64,000 nucleotides of DNA from Promethearchaeota archaeon (GTDB taxonomy: Archaea > Asgardarchaeota > Lokiarchaeia > Sigyniarchaeales > SOKP01). Below are positions 9,401-19,088 of the stretch, piece by piece. Under the pieces are notes generated by a model. That model was not told the DNA's origin and did not search any database. It saw nothing but the letters and a program-made list of their open reading frames with translations. Each line of letters opens with the position of its first letter. Position 1 is the stretch's first letter. A program made the position numbers and the translations under genes. The DNA is taken from positions 1 to 64,000 of the forward strand of contig JBHLPW010000001.1 in NCBI GenBank assembly GCA_048939015.1, read 5' to 3'.

Positions 9401-12350
9401 AACTCTTATATTAGAAGGGATGTTAACAATTGAAGTAATTGAACCTTTTTGGCTTTTAACTTGGGCTATGCTTTACCTTTTCTCATTTCAAATAATATTT
9501 AATCTATTTAAAAAGTCAATAAAGAAAGAACCTCAAGAAATAAAAAATAGCATTTTTAAGCTCTATCAAGATGAAAATCAAGTAAATTTACTCAATCTTA
9601 CATGCTTCTTTTTAAATTCTATAATCTTTTCCTTATTCATAGCAATAATTATTCCACAATTACTACCATATTTAGTATTCTCTCATATTCTATTTGTTTA
9701 TCAAATCTGTGATTTTCTAATAATCTGGCCAATCTTATTTTTAATTTGTATGAAATATATCGAAAAGTCAAAATTAGATATAAAAGTAAAGGATATATTG
9801 CAACTTTTCAACAAAATCAGTTCAATTTTATATATTTTGATTCCAATTGCCGTAAGTACCAATCTTCTTCTTTATATGATTCTAATTAATTCAAGCTTGA
9901 CTTCTTCAATTTACACATTAATATTAATGATTAGTGGTTTAATTTTCATAGAAGTATCTATTATAGACAGGAATGTCCTGCATTTCTTACTAGATGCCAC
10001 CCAGAACCTTTTTACTTTATCATCATGGATAATCTTAAGTAATGGTTTCTCATTATTCTTATTTTTATTTCATTCAAACTTATTCCTATTAATTTTAATG
10101 ATTTCACTTCTAGGACTTATTTCCTTTCATTTCTTATCTAAATTTGATGTTTCTAAACAAATTATATCTAAAGGTCGTTTGATATTAATATATAATTCAT
10201 TTATTTGGAGTTCTTTATATCTAGCATCTTTAATCTCTGATTTATTGGTCCAAGTTTTTGAAGGCTTAATAGGATTTCCCTACTTTTCTTTATTATTCCA
10301 GAATACATCAATTCTATTATTTATTTTAAGTGTTATTTTCGTTAAAATTGAAAAAAATTTAAAAAATAGAATCGAATTTATCCTTTTCATTATTTTCCAG
10401 GGATTGCTTGCTATAAATTTAATTTTTATATTTTACATATATGCTATTTTACACTTTTTATCAATTAATTTCGTGATCTTTATAGAAGTATGCCTTATGT
10501 TCATATTTGTTTACTATTTCGATATTATATTTGCAAAGCAAAAATATCCGAATTTTAAACTAAAAATGCATTCAATTTTGATTTTGATATTATATTGCGA
10601 AATAAGTATTATGAGTTATGGTCTATTGTATGCTGTCATAGGGATTTATGAAAGTCTGATTGTAGCTCTTTCTATACTATTGATTTTAACTATGCTGGAT
10701 ATTTATTCATTTAAGAAGATAAAAATAGGTTATGCACGTTTAATTCATACCATCAGTTTCTTTACAATTTCGATAATGATACTTTTACTTATATTTAGCT
10801 TTATCTTTCAATTTCCATTCTTACTTGGTTTAGGAATTTTTATTTTAGTAATTATGCAATTTTATACTAATTATTCTCTTTTTAAATCATTGGAAGAGAT
10901 ATTTCCTAAAGGTCAAAATACTTATAAAGAAGCTCAATTAATTATTCAACAATTATTAGGAACCGTTTTCTACGGTACTATATGCCTATTTTTAGCTCAA
11001 GTTTTAATTTTTTATAACGTGGATTTTCTATTAATACTATTAATATTAAGTCTTATAATCCATGGATTAATGATTATAGACAAAATTTCATTTAAATTTC
11101 TACGTGAAATTGCGAATTATATTCAAACAATCTCTTGGATATCTATTATGACATTTACATCGACATATTTTATTTGGTTATTTTATACATATTTCGGTAC
11201 TTTCTTTTACAGAGCAATTCCTATTATTGTTATTATCCTTCTCCTTGAGTTTGCCTATCTCATCAAATTATTAGCTTTCTGGAAATTCGTTGCCACTTAT
11301 AAGGAGAAGATTAAGTTCTTACTGGTAATAATTGCGTATCTTAATTTTATAACGTGGCCGTTATATTTTGCTTCTTTGAATCCATTTCACCTTCTAAATT
11401 TAGTGCTAGCTTCATTTAGTATTATGTTTTTCTTAAGTTTAATTGATAGAACTTTGAAGATACGTTCCCGTGAATCCTTAAGATCTTACTCCTTTCTCAT
11501 AGTTGGAATATTATTATCAATAGATTTATTTATTATATTTCTTTTAAACGTCGGGCTTAATGTTTTCTTAAGTTTTAGTATTTCTTCCTTAATTTTTGTA
11601 ATATTTCTAGGAATAATTATAAAACCATTTAAAGGACACTCAGCTGGAGCTCTAATATTTTGGATCGTAATATTTCTTCTATTAAGTGTAATAATATATA
11701 ATGTATCATTATCCTTAATCGCGGCAGGAATATTTTTTGCCTTTACAATTTTAATTTATCCCTTTGTATTTCTGTTGGAGGAACTTAAAGAGTTAATTAA
11801 TAAAATCGTTGGAATTATTACAAGATTTTTTACACATCTCAAAATTGTAATTAAGAATATGTTTATCAGAATGTTTATTTTATTCAAAAAGTATTTTAAA
11901 TTCATTTGGATCCTAATTTGCGCAATTATCGCTTCATTTTGCGGTATTCTATTTTCTGATTTGATTCTTGGACTATTAAATCCATACCACTCTATTCTTT
12001 TAGTATTCCCTGTTTTTGGGATATTGTTTTCTCTTAAACCTTCAGAAAAAACTGAAGACGTGGATATAATGTTTAGAAGAAGAATGTTACGTTTAGTTAC
12101 TAGCTGGGGTAGCATAATAATAATTTTGTTCTCCTTTATGTTTGTTCAAAATGTAGAGCCTTATTGGTACGCATTAGCGGTATGGATTTCAATTTGGATT
12201 TTGGGAGCAATATTATTGCCTTATATCATTTTCAAAGAGAGAAGGGAAAATATTTCGATTAAATGGAGATTTTATACCTTAATTATATTGATATCAATGT
12301 TAATCTTATTTGGTATTATTGTAGCACTTCAGTTCTATCTGAATGCTTAA
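3411..12350 (+). CDS. Giant polytopic membrane protein (~2,980 aa), function unknown
   Basis: Uninterrupted 8.9-kb ORF of hydrophobic ~20-25 aa segments separated by short Lys-rich loops. The frame is open upstream of the track ATG (3600) and adds IATDNNNNSQERIRKATEVLQKFWW... plus two more TM segments; ATT at 3411 is the inferred start. Confidence 0.8.
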   Translation: MATDNNNNSQERIRKATEVLQKFWWFAFFLIIAPLIVAIVTFSIFNFVLGNVLVVISLSVVSFMFALLFFYKAFDKYRNKPFFLNKSNNLTARIHVLFIISILSFISTPIFIIISGFGSFYHLPVISYSILYCIVYYYYHFQPIDFFDLSKEEFKHAGSFNLIAKQPYNFFVGINHIVHIIFLTFTAYTNFSWLFALTTNLIFYFILLRWTKSQVKNINKSISEKVPVLKELTVFKRKFVVSIIGLIFFLMIQMPFVIIVIFSLSGVRYSSLDIINNSFLTIIFILFYFKSSFYVNYYYGSKFDLYDKPGKLAESAETTPSLSIKYQKYNSYMSIILILLITLFSFLIQIPLLMIFILPFIYILLHYEQKYNLCSKRYNKSVVLLNSIALLIYISFGIFLPAIETILLNFLAFCISLYIVLQVFVKFEYFSKENVLIVQNLLAVASFTLLVYSFFPIIVDYISYTDPILNLISNILLHSLILSLVFLISQYIMGVRYFYGKSPKLYRVVVLINSFLVELFIFIFILFRIYFLSELITFLQSILLSSILFPIFFIFFLYINYGLHVFPLKYFLKSCYFTLWIFLVDFFTSLLILSLSTTYYIIIPIDCIFTSILYYFISKFGFKMERIDENRFKKRVKINSYLLTIELFSLFSLLFFSAFRAFSLFENVIYSTYLSLAIVCGLINLFSKKEIFSEDLYIKINTFFLLYTSLIAFYYFLLLTRNIRFVYIIPLMVSSIIFYVPILYLRKKNLYPKFISKSIIINSILLSTTISLIPTITGLELYFLGMYSDIIFLVMTVINFTFYILLTISTIVYNVLKKPDTIEERAKQIQKLQMLILFCLGATTVFYYPYFLLYNFIQYNIVIPLICTSCFLYIPLNISYKNKIFNLKHITKIIILNTLFLTGLVTLIPVIIGRDLLWLGLVDDYNIFVLNILNSSIYVFYIFLLILINISKKFKIKVKYILNLNRLRIILLFCISVTTIFCYPFFLLINTLHGIFISIISLLFSWFFLFYYSYKQEYFNLEFVKKITIYNFIAFSLLIISLPTIIALELTRIGLRADIILTITITSFLLFSFLRISEAVSEKIKLKEKYVKKFKLIGLISWFLFSLFISYYIASIFILELVFTPLTNLVLACSFFIFFILSIYTTNLISKTFPEYSKIKYFQDLIIYGIIISISSIFTFLGLSSGLFSFLIWWPSLLAISFLIGFFLAIFIILLNALDKQFQLSQTKTVSKLVSWLTIKIIICLSIISLIEFLGFSYSIINSIFLFCLTFTFFTPISLYILENLRYISSEKQILLKRITLTTFIVSILTVYVEFLYYSIYIIPIFYLNLFIMITAIAVNILLFLYYYSLRINRIIEAKSVFDLYKVYFPSFFLFLSLLYFDSVFSIFLILITYSLILSRRSILPSIRFLSYFLLSYYTFIEIIIILSSYGIIAGFEIAMTGLYFIIYLSSMSGILIFSILLHTKKNNNLEKFALYALVSLLSFVSLMTYTNILLLYNITISLFEVLLFLGIFFYHQKDERYKWFIKPCIILFVFDLISFLSYSWLFNNQVFLVYSSILTFTLTLTVTTLAFILIYNSSPARFRKRSFFIALSSLISSFPTFLYFIIIASLSMPIFSIVPLIFSIDIGVLLFYLSIGIYQWKISWAIWKSGWYAWNILPFVNFFLIYQSLTGIDVYTRSLPVFNASGSFILSIIICSLFFFPVVYTKIKKYFSTIVFIIWGESLFLLYWASFNLFTTDLWLRNFSFILFSVVLLIPLLIAFKYWKLVSILWIFPLTVINTIFLFFYLLSIGISLGMTISLVILAIGLFFMVYSFFPNIRSIGVILISAYFTTLLGIFLTVYFILYLILLNPIFSINLSFLVVGFSLFSSKYVEVPKRLIDMCLSWILIFNLSWFTFNTFNLFPGLFLFALSLAITVFGCSFFIFNRYKMKISLNKIFPFLMVALGTSSSITSLIYSIFNTSPGILISIFSSVFIIFLYYIFIEYRYFLWFLIPIPIATLILEGMLTIEVIEPFWLLTWAMLYLFSFQIIFNLFKKSIKKEPQEIKNSIFKLYQDENQVNLLNLTCFFLNSIIFSLFIAIIIPQLLPYLVFSHILFVYQICDFLIIWPILFLICMKYIEKSKLDIKVKDILQLFNKISSILYILIPIAVSTNLLLYMILINSSLTSSIYTLILMISGLIFIEVSIIDRNVLHFLLDATQNLFTLSSWIILSNGFSLFLFLFHSNLFLLILMISLLGLISFHFLSKFDVSKQIISKGRLILIYNSFIWSSLYLASLISDLLVQVFEGLIGFPYFSLLFQNTSILLFILSVIFVKIEKNLKNRIEFILFIIFQGLLAINLIFIFYIYAILHFLSINFVIFIEVCLMFIFVYYFDIIFAKQKYPNFKLKMHSILILILYCEISIMSYGLLYAVIGIYESLIVALSILLILTMLDIYSFKKIKIGYARLIHTISFFTISIMILLLIFSFIFQFPFLLGLGIFILVIMQFYTNYSLFKSLEEIFPKGQNTYKEAQLIIQQLLGTVFYGTICLFLAQVLIFYNVDFLLILLILSLIIHGLMIIDKISFKFLREIANYIQTISWISIMTFTSTYFIWLFYTYFGTFFYRAIPIIVIILLLEFAYLIKLLAFWKFVATYKEKIKFLLVIIAYLNFITWPLYFASLNPFHLLNLVLASFSIMFFLSLIDRTLKIRSRESLRSYSFLIVGILLSIDLFIIFLLNVGLNVFLSFSISSLIFVIFLGIIIKPFKGHSAGALIFWIVIFLLLSVIIYNVSLSLIAAGIFFAFTILIYPFVFLLEELKELINKIVGIITRFFTHLKIVIKNMFIRMFILFKKYFKFIWILICAIIASFCGILFSDLILGLLNPYHSILLVFPVFGILFSLKPSEKTEDVDIMFRRRMLRLVTSWGSIIIILFSFMFVQNVEPYWYALAVWISIWILGAILLPYIIFKERRENISIKWRFYTLIILISMLILFGIIVALQFYLNA

Positions 12351-12508
12351 TTGGGACTCTTTGATTTTATTTTATTATTATGTTGATAGTTCATAAAAAA
12401 ATGTGAAACCTTTAAATATATGTTAAAATGAACTATTATTTGAAAATCTAAAAATAAACATACATATTAAATTTAAAGAAAAATTTTGAATTAGAAGTGA
12501 TCTATAAT

Positions 12509-13942
12509 ATGGAATCTTTAACAAAAAGAATTTTAGCTATTGTTATTATTGCTGTTATAGGCGTAGGCATCGGAGTTGGCGCTTGGTATTTTCTATTAGC
12601 ACCTGGAGCAGGCGAATATGCGTGGAGTGCTAGTGATTGTCCAGGAGCTCCCACTACTATTAATGCGAGTCAAATAATCAAAATTGGCTGTGCTGGAGAT
12701 ACAGGAGAAATTCAAGGTGATGCTAATTATGAAGGGGCTTGGTTTGCAGCAAAAAGAATAAATGAAGCTGGTGGCGTTGTAGTTAATGGTACAACATATT
12801 ATATTGGAGTCACACAAGAAGATACTGATGAATCTAATCCAAACCTCGTAACTTCAAGAGGAGTGGCTGCTGCTCGAAGGCTTATTTATAACAAAAAAGT
12901 ACAGTTTGGAATTGGTGGCTTTCGATCAGAAGCATTATTAGCATATCAGGAAGAATTTATGGATGCAAAAATGATTTTTATTGATACTGGAGCTGCAACT
13001 GATGATTTCTGTACAAATGTTAGGGATGATTATGATACTTATAAATACTTTTTTAGATGGATGCCAATTAATTCCACTTCATTAGGAGGAGAAATATTAG
13101 GAACCTTAGCTGCCTTTATTGTATCCATGAATCTTACTTATCCTAACCATGATGTTAAAGAAATTGGAATCCTAGCTGAAGATCTAACTTGGGTAGATTC
13201 TTTAGTAGGTGCTATTCAATTATATTTACCCTATTACACAAATTTAACCGCTAATGCATTAACCAATAAATCATGGTACCCAACAATTTTAACTCCGATA
13301 AAGTATGATGTTACTCTTAGTGCCACAGATATGAATACACACCTTCAAACACTTCAGACCGCGGGTGCAGATATAGTAATTCCTGTTATATCTGCTCAAG
13401 GTGGAATTTTAATGATGCAACAATATGCTCTTAACCAATATGATTATCTCATATTTGGGATCGATGTTCAGTCACAATTAGATACATTTTGGACTTCAAG
13501 TGGAGGGGATTGTCTTTATGAAACAATTATGCAAACTTTGCATCAAACTAACAAAACAGAAAGCTCTCTTGAGTTTTGGAGTGCTTTTATAGCACAATTT
13601 TCCCACGAACCACTTTATATTGCATGTGGTGCTCATGATGCTGTAATGGGAATTGTAGATGCTATAAATGCAACTCAGTCTTTTAATGCAGATGCAATCA
13701 TAGCCCACTTTGAAACGTGGACAAAAGCGAATCCTCACCCTGGTGTAAGTGGAGGAGGTGCATGGTGGCCTGGTACTCATGACCTCGTGGAAGGATACCC
13801 ATATGGATATACATTGTGGTGCCAATGGCAAACTGGTGGCGCGAAGAAAGTTATTCCAGCTCCAAACCTTTATCCTAATTGGATGGCAACGGGAAGTTAT
13901 TTGATTGCACCATGGGTCAACGCTACATGGTATGTAAGTTAA
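12509..13942 (+). CDS. livK: Branched-chain amino acid/acyl-type ABC transporter substrate-binding protein, membrane anchored
   Basis: N-terminal TM anchor, Peripla_BP type-1 pattern (IKIG...GAWFAAKRINEAGGV, IGGFRSE), many N-x-S/T sequons, upstream of livHMGF. Confidence 0.85.
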   Translation: MESLTKRILAIVIIAVIGVGIGVGAWYFLLAPGAGEYAWSASDCPGAPTTINASQIIKIGCAGDTGEIQGDANYEGAWFAAKRINEAGGVVVNGTTYYIGVTQEDTDESNPNLVTSRGVAAARRLIYNKKVQFGIGGFRSEALLAYQEEFMDAKMIFIDTGAATDDFCTNVRDDYDTYKYFFRWMPINSTSLGGEILGTLAAFIVSMNLTYPNHDVKEIGILAEDLTWVDSLVGAIQLYLPYYTNLTANALTNKSWYPTILTPIKYDVTLSATDMNTHLQTLQTAGADIVIPVISAQGGILMMQQYALNQYDYLIFGIDVQSQLDTFWTSSGGDCLYETIMQTLHQTNKTESSLEFWSAFIAQFSHEPLYIACGAHDAVMGIVDAINATQSFNADAIIAHFETWTKANPHPGVSGGGAWWPGTHDLVEGYPYGYTLWCQWQTGGAKKVIPAPNLYPNWMATGSYLIAPWVNATWYVS

Positions 13943-14146
13943 AATCTAAAAACCCAAATTATTTTTTTTTTATTTTTTCACTCATTTCATCTCAATTTCT
14001 ATTATAATAATTCTATTAGGATGTTTTTTTATTCCTAGAAATGCCAAAATTGTTAAAAAAGTCAAAATGATCAGTTTTATAAGAAATGACATAAAAATAA
14101 TATTAAGATAAATTTAATATGTAAATTTATTTTCGATTTGATTTAT

Positions 14147-15028
14147 ATGAGCACTGAGATTATTAATTTTTTATTTAATGGAACTTTAAATGGTGCTGTC
14201 TTTTCATTAGTAGCACTAGGTTATTCACTGACATATGGTGTTGGACATATTATGAATTTAGCTCATGGAGCTTATTTTATGTTAACAGGATACTTTCTTT
14301 TATGGTTTCGAGACGTCTTGCCAAATCTTGAATTTTTCAATGTTGTTCTTATATTAATTATTATCACCGTAATTGGAGCCCTTACATATTTACTGCTCAT
14401 TAAACCTCTGCAAGATACAAGTGTTGGAGTTGTATTAGTTACTTTTGGTTTAGCTTTCTTCCTAGAACAAGTTGTTTTAATTATATCCGGAACAGAATCG
14501 TATTCTATTAATGATTATAGATTGACTACGGGAACAACAAATTTTTTTGGATATTCTATAATTAATCAATATCTTCTTCTTATTATTGTATCGTTACTTA
14601 CTGTATCATTATTTGCTTTATTTATTAATAAATCAAAATTAGGTAAATCAATTAGAGCTGTTTCTCAAGATAGAGAAGCTGCAACACTCATGGGGATAAA
14701 TGCTAATAGAATTCTTTTATATACCCTCATGATTTCAGCATTCTTAGCTGCAATAGCTGCTGTTTTTTACTTACCTGCAGCCGCACTTAATGGTCCTTCA
14801 ATGGGATGGGAATTCTTAACTAATTCATTTGCTGTAGTAATTTTAGGAGGAATGGGAAGTCTTGTAGGAAGCGTAGTAGGAGCATATATAGTAGGGTATG
14901 TAACAAGTTTTACAAGTATTTATATTCCTTATGGTCCTTCGTGGGCTCATATAATTCCTATTATTGTAATTATTGTAATGCTTATAATCAGACCTAGAGG
15001 GTTATTTGGTAAGAAAGAACTTAAATAA
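14147..15028 (+). CDS. livH: Branched-chain amino acid ABC transporter permease
   Basis: LVALGYSLTYGVGHIMNLAHG, GKSIRAVSQDREAATLMGIN, VILGGMGS, RPRGLFG. Confidence 0.93.
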   Translation: MSTEIINFLFNGTLNGAVFSLVALGYSLTYGVGHIMNLAHGAYFMLTGYFLLWFRDVLPNLEFFNVVLILIIITVIGALTYLLLIKPLQDTSVGVVLVTFGLAFFLEQVVLIISGTESYSINDYRLTTGTTNFFGYSIINQYLLLIIVSLLTVSLFALFINKSKLGKSIRAVSQDREAATLMGINANRILLYTLMISAFLAAIAAVFYLPAAALNGPSMGWEFLTNSFAVVILGGMGSLVGSVVGAYIVGYVTSFTSIYIPYGPSWAHIIPIIVIIVMLIIRPRGLFGKKELK

Positions 15029-15054
15029 TAAATAAATTTAGAGGTAAAATAAAA

Positions 15055-16107
15055 ATGGTAAAGGACAGGATAAATGAAAAAATAAAGAATTTTCCAGGTT
15101 ATTTAAAGTATTGGGTGAAATCATTTAGTGGGGGTTTAACCCTAGTATGTTTAATTATTCTTGCTATTATACCCTTATTGTCTAGAAATGAAAGTTTTGT
15201 AAACTTTTTCTTGCCTAACTTTACGTTAGCAATGATATTTGCCATTTTTGCTGCAAGTTGGGATCTTCTAACTGGTATTTCAGGACAAGTTAGTTTTGGT
15301 CATTCAATCTTCTTTGGAATTTCTGGTTATCTATGTGCCTATTTAATTAGTTATCAAAATTTTTCTATTTGGCCTGCTATTTTTCTTGGTGCGATTGGTG
15401 CTGTTGTGTTTGGATTATTAATCGGAGTACCCTGCTTAAGACTAAAAGGACCATATTTAGCATTGGGTACTCTTGCATTTAGTTTAATTTTATTAAAATT
15501 GTTTTTATTGGGATCACTTGCTCATATTTTTTTTGGTTCTGAAGGAATTTCTGCTCTTCCAAAATTATCTGAAGATCCTGTAATTGAATATTTTATAATA
15601 TTTATTTTTATGATTATCTCTTTTGTTGTTATTATTCAAATCAGTAAATCAAAATTAGGCACAATTTTCAAATCCATTCGTGATGATGAAACAGGGGCTG
15701 GTGCATCAGGAATTAACACTACAAAATATAAAATTTACGCTTTTATGATAAGTTCGTTATTCGCAGGATTTGCAGGCGCTTTCTATGCTTTATATAATAC
15801 TGCTGTAAATCCAACAGGTAACTTTGGGACTGTTATTTCATTTTTTGCTATCCTTATGGCATCATTAGGGGGATTAACAACCATTACTGGAGCAGCATTA
15901 GGTTCTTTTTTCTTCATTTTTTTGGAATATATTCTTATCGAAATTGGGGTAATACAAATTGGAACTTTTGTGTTTGATGTTGGTATGTGGAAATTTGCAA
16001 TATTTGCGGTTATTTTAATTGTTGTTGTTAGATTCGCAGAACAGGGTATTTTAAGACCTATAGTAGAACATCTAAGAGATTTATGGGATGTATTAATGGG
16101 AAGATAA
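15055..16107 (+). CDS. livM: Branched-chain amino acid ABC transporter permease
   Basis: WDLLTGISGQVSFGH, LRLKGPYLALGTL, SIRDDETGAGASGINT. Confidence 0.93.
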   Translation: MVKDRINEKIKNFPGYLKYWVKSFSGGLTLVCLIILAIIPLLSRNESFVNFFLPNFTLAMIFAIFAASWDLLTGISGQVSFGHSIFFGISGYLCAYLISYQNFSIWPAIFLGAIGAVVFGLLIGVPCLRLKGPYLALGTLAFSLILLKLFLLGSLAHIFFGSEGISALPKLSEDPVIEYFIIFIFMIISFVVIIQISKSKLGTIFKSIRDDETGAGASGINTTKYKIYAFMISSLFAGFAGAFYALYNTAVNPTGNFGTVISFFAILMASLGGLTTITGAALGSFFFIFLEYILIEIGVIQIGTFVFDVGMWKFAIFAVILIVVVRFAEQGILRPIVEHLRDLWDVLMGR

Positions 16108-16148
16108 TATTTAAATAAATAATAAAGAACATCATGGTGTAATAAATT

Positions 16149-16889
16149 ATGGGAGTAATTCTAGAAGTAAAAAATTTAACAAAAAAATTTGGTGGTTTAA
16201 CTGCTGTCAATGATTTTAGTTTTGAGATTAAAAGGGGTGAATTTGTAGGACTAATTGGTCCAAATGGAGCAGGTAAAACTACTGTGTTTAACCTAATATC
16301 TGGGTTTGAAAAACCGAGTTCGGGTAGTATTCGGTTTGATGGAATGAATATAACAGGATTTAGACCTTTTAAAATTGTTAATTTGGGAATTGCAAGAACT
16401 TTTCAATTAGTTAGATCTTTTAAGTTTTTAACTTTGTTAGATAATATTTCGGTATCTTGTCTTTCAAAAAGAGGAAAGCAAATTTCAAAAAGAATCGGAA
16501 CTGATGAGCATGCAAGCTCAATTCTTGCAGATGTTGGACTTGTTGATAAAGCTAGAATTCCTCCAATTATTTTACCTCATGGTGATTTGAGAAAATTACA
16601 AATTGGTAAAGCTCTTGGCACCAACCCTCAATTACTCCTTCTTGATGAACCGTTTAGCGGTCTTTCTCATGAAGAAAGTATAATTATAACAGAATTAATT
16701 AAAAAATTACATGAGGATGGTGTCACCATTTTTATGACTGGTCATGTTTTGCGTGAGCTTATGACATTAGTACCGAGAGTAATTGCGATGCATCAAGGTA
16801 AATTTATTGCAGATGGCCCTCCAAGGGAGGTTGCTAATAATAAAATTCTTATTGAAGCATATTTAGGAAAAGGTGAAGCATTTGCTTAA
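16149..16889 (+). CDS. livG: ABC transporter ATP-binding protein
   Basis: FGGLTAV, Walker A GPNGAGKT, GIARTFQ, LLLLDEP. Confidence 0.95.
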   Translation: MGVILEVKNLTKKFGGLTAVNDFSFEIKRGEFVGLIGPNGAGKTTVFNLISGFEKPSSGSIRFDGMNITGFRPFKIVNLGIARTFQLVRSFKFLTLLDNISVSCLSKRGKQISKRIGTDEHASSILADVGLVDKARIPPIILPHGDLRKLQIGKALGTNPQLLLLDEPFSGLSHEESIIITELIKKLHEDGVTIFMTGHVLRELMTLVPRVIAMHQGKFIADGPPREVANNKILIEAYLGKGEAFA

Positions 16890-17586
16890 AATAAAAAAAA
16901 TATATCATTATTATGGAAAAGCAAGAGCTCTTGAAGAAATAAATTTGGATTTAAAAGAGAAAGCTCTTGAGTCTGTTATTGGCCCTAATGGAGCTGGAAA
17001 ATCAACTCTCCTTAGAGTCATATCAGGTTTGGAAGAACCTGACAGAGGAAAAATAGAGTTTTTAGGTGAGAGAATTGACGAGTTAAAACCTCATAGAATT
17101 GCTAGAAAAGGAATCTCTCATTGCCCTGAACGACGTAGATTATTTTACGATTTAACAGTTTCTGAAAATTTAGATATGGGTGCTTACACACTTAAAGATC
17201 GTAGTAAAGCGAAAGAATTAAGAAAATTTGTTTTTGAAATTTTCCCACGACTTAAAGAAAGGAAAAAACAACGAGCTGGTACTTTAAGTGGTGGTGAACA
17301 ACAAATGCTTGCTATTGCACGGGCTTTAATGGCTAATCCAAAACTTCTTCTTATGGATGAACCTTCATTAGGGTTAGCTCCAAAGATTAAAAAAACAATA
17401 TTTGATGCCATTGAAAAGATAAAACAAGAAGGTACAACTTCTTTATTAGTTGAACAGGACGCAGTACTAGCTATGAATATCTCAGAATATATTCATGTTC
17501 TAGAGGAAGGGAAAATTGAAATGAGGGGAACAAAAGAAGAATTAGAAAAAGAACCTCGTATAAAACAAGTTTATTTAGGAATTTAA
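16882..17586 (+). CDS. livF: ABC transporter ATP-binding protein
   Basis: GPNGAGKS, PERRRLF, LSGGEQQMLAIAR, LLMDEPSLGL. The track GTG at 16873 lies inside the SD GGTGA, so TTG at 16882 is preferred. Confidence 0.93.
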   Translation: MLKIKKIYHYYGKARALEEINLDLKEKALESVIGPNGAGKSTLLRVISGLEEPDRGKIEFLGERIDELKPHRIARKGISHCPERRRLFYDLTVSENLDMGAYTLKDRSKAKELRKFVFEIFPRLKERKKQRAGTLSGGEQQMLAIARALMANPKLLLMDEPSLGLAPKIKKTIFDAIEKIKQEGTTSLLVEQDAVLAMNISEYIHVLEEGKIEMRGTKEELEKEPRIKQVYLGI

Positions 17587-17596
17587 GGTGATTTAA

Positions 17597-19015
17597 TTGT
17601 CAGCTCCTTTAGAAAAATTATTAAGAGACGCTAGAATCGATCTGATCTTAGCGAGGATAGAAAAAGATGAATCTGTTATAAATGAAGTAATTGGACATTT
17701 AAACAGTGAGAGTAGGTCTGTCAAATTTAATTCTATACATGTTTTAGGAGAAATTGGTCAAAAATCAATAGATGCTGTTTCAAAAATAACTAGTTGCTTG
17801 GAAGATCAAGATTGGAGTATTTGCCGGGAGGCTGCTCGAACATTAGGTAAAATTGGTAATTCTGCTAAAGATGCAGTACCTCAATTATCACAAATGTTAA
17901 ATGATAAAGAAGAATCAATTAGAACAGAATCCGCAATTGCTCTTGGAAAAATACGTAATTCTAGTCCTGACTCAATCTCTCTTCTAATTAAAGCGTTAGA
18001 TGATAAAAGTGAAATTGTAAGAACTGAAGTAGCAAAAACTCTAGGTGAAATAGGATCAGATGCTTTTGACGCCATCCCTTATTTAATGAATTCCCTTAAA
18101 GATATAAGCTGGACAGTAAGAACTGCTTCAGCTCAATCGATTAGTCTTATTGGAAAAGGATCTGTGAAGGCAATTCCTAGTCTAATATATGCTCTTGAGG
18201 ATCAAGATTGGAGAGTACGTTATCGGGTCGTGAATACTCTTGCGGAAATTGGAGATCCTACTATTCCAAGTCTATTAGAAGCCATAGAAAGTAAAAATAA
18301 GATAGTAAGAAAAGAAGCCGTTGATGCTTTAGGAGAAATTAAGACTTCAGATCCTAAAATAATTGATACTATCTCAGAATTATTACATGATAAATCTGAA
18401 ATGGTTAGGGGAAAAGCAGCCGATGCTCTTAGAAGTATTGGTAAACCTGCTGTTCCAAAAATAATAGAAATTTTTGATAGTTTGAATACAAAAATGAAAA
18501 TAATCATTCTTTCTGCTTTGGGGGGTATTGGGTCTGAAGCTAAAGAGGCTATACCACTTATTATTAATTGTTTAATGATACCTGAACAGGAAATAGAATA
18601 TATTCCTTCTTTTATTAATAAAATAAAAAGAGCGATAACAACTTTTTTAAAAGATCCCCGAAAAAAGGGAGCTTCAATTCGAGTAGAAGCAGCAAGGGCA
18701 TTAGGAAAAATTGGATTTGATTCAGAAGATAGTGTTCATGCTCTTGAAATTGTTTTAAACGATCCCCGAAGTAGTGTCCGACGTGAAGCTGCACTTTCTT
18801 TAGGAAAGTTAGGAGCTAAAAGTGCTGTCTCCTCTCTAATAAAGGCTTTAAAGGATGAAAATCGAGATGTTAGGTGGAGAGCCTCTGAGGCATTAGGAAC
18901 TCTCGGAATAAATACAGAAGAGGTTATTTCAAATTTAAATGCTTTGGTTCATGATAAATGTGATTATGTTTGTGAATCAGCAATTCTCGCTCTCGATAAT
19001 TTAACAGAAGATTAA
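17597..19015 (+). CDS. HEAT/PBS-lyase repeat protein
   Basis: About 13 repeats of L-x-D-x-x-x-x-VR-x-x-AA-x-ALG-x-IG; SD GGTGA upstream. Confidence 0.88.
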   Translation: MSAPLEKLLRDARIDLILARIEKDESVINEVIGHLNSESRSVKFNSIHVLGEIGQKSIDAVSKITSCLEDQDWSICREAARTLGKIGNSAKDAVPQLSQMLNDKEESIRTESAIALGKIRNSSPDSISLLIKALDDKSEIVRTEVAKTLGEIGSDAFDAIPYLMNSLKDISWTVRTASAQSISLIGKGSVKAIPSLIYALEDQDWRVRYRVVNTLAEIGDPTIPSLLEAIESKNKIVRKEAVDALGEIKTSDPKIIDTISELLHDKSEMVRGKAADALRSIGKPAVPKIIEIFDSLNTKMKIIILSALGGIGSEAKEAIPLIINCLMIPEQEIEYIPSFINKIKRAITTFLKDPRKKGASIRVEAARALGKIGFDSEDSVHALEIVLNDPRSSVRREAALSLGKLGAKSAVSSLIKALKDENRDVRWRASEALGTLGINTEEVISNLNALVHDKCDYVCESAILALDNLTED

Positions 19016-19088
19016 CAAAAAAATTATTAATTAATATTAATTTTATTCAAAATAACTAAAATAAATATAAAAAAGAGGTAATAAGTGA

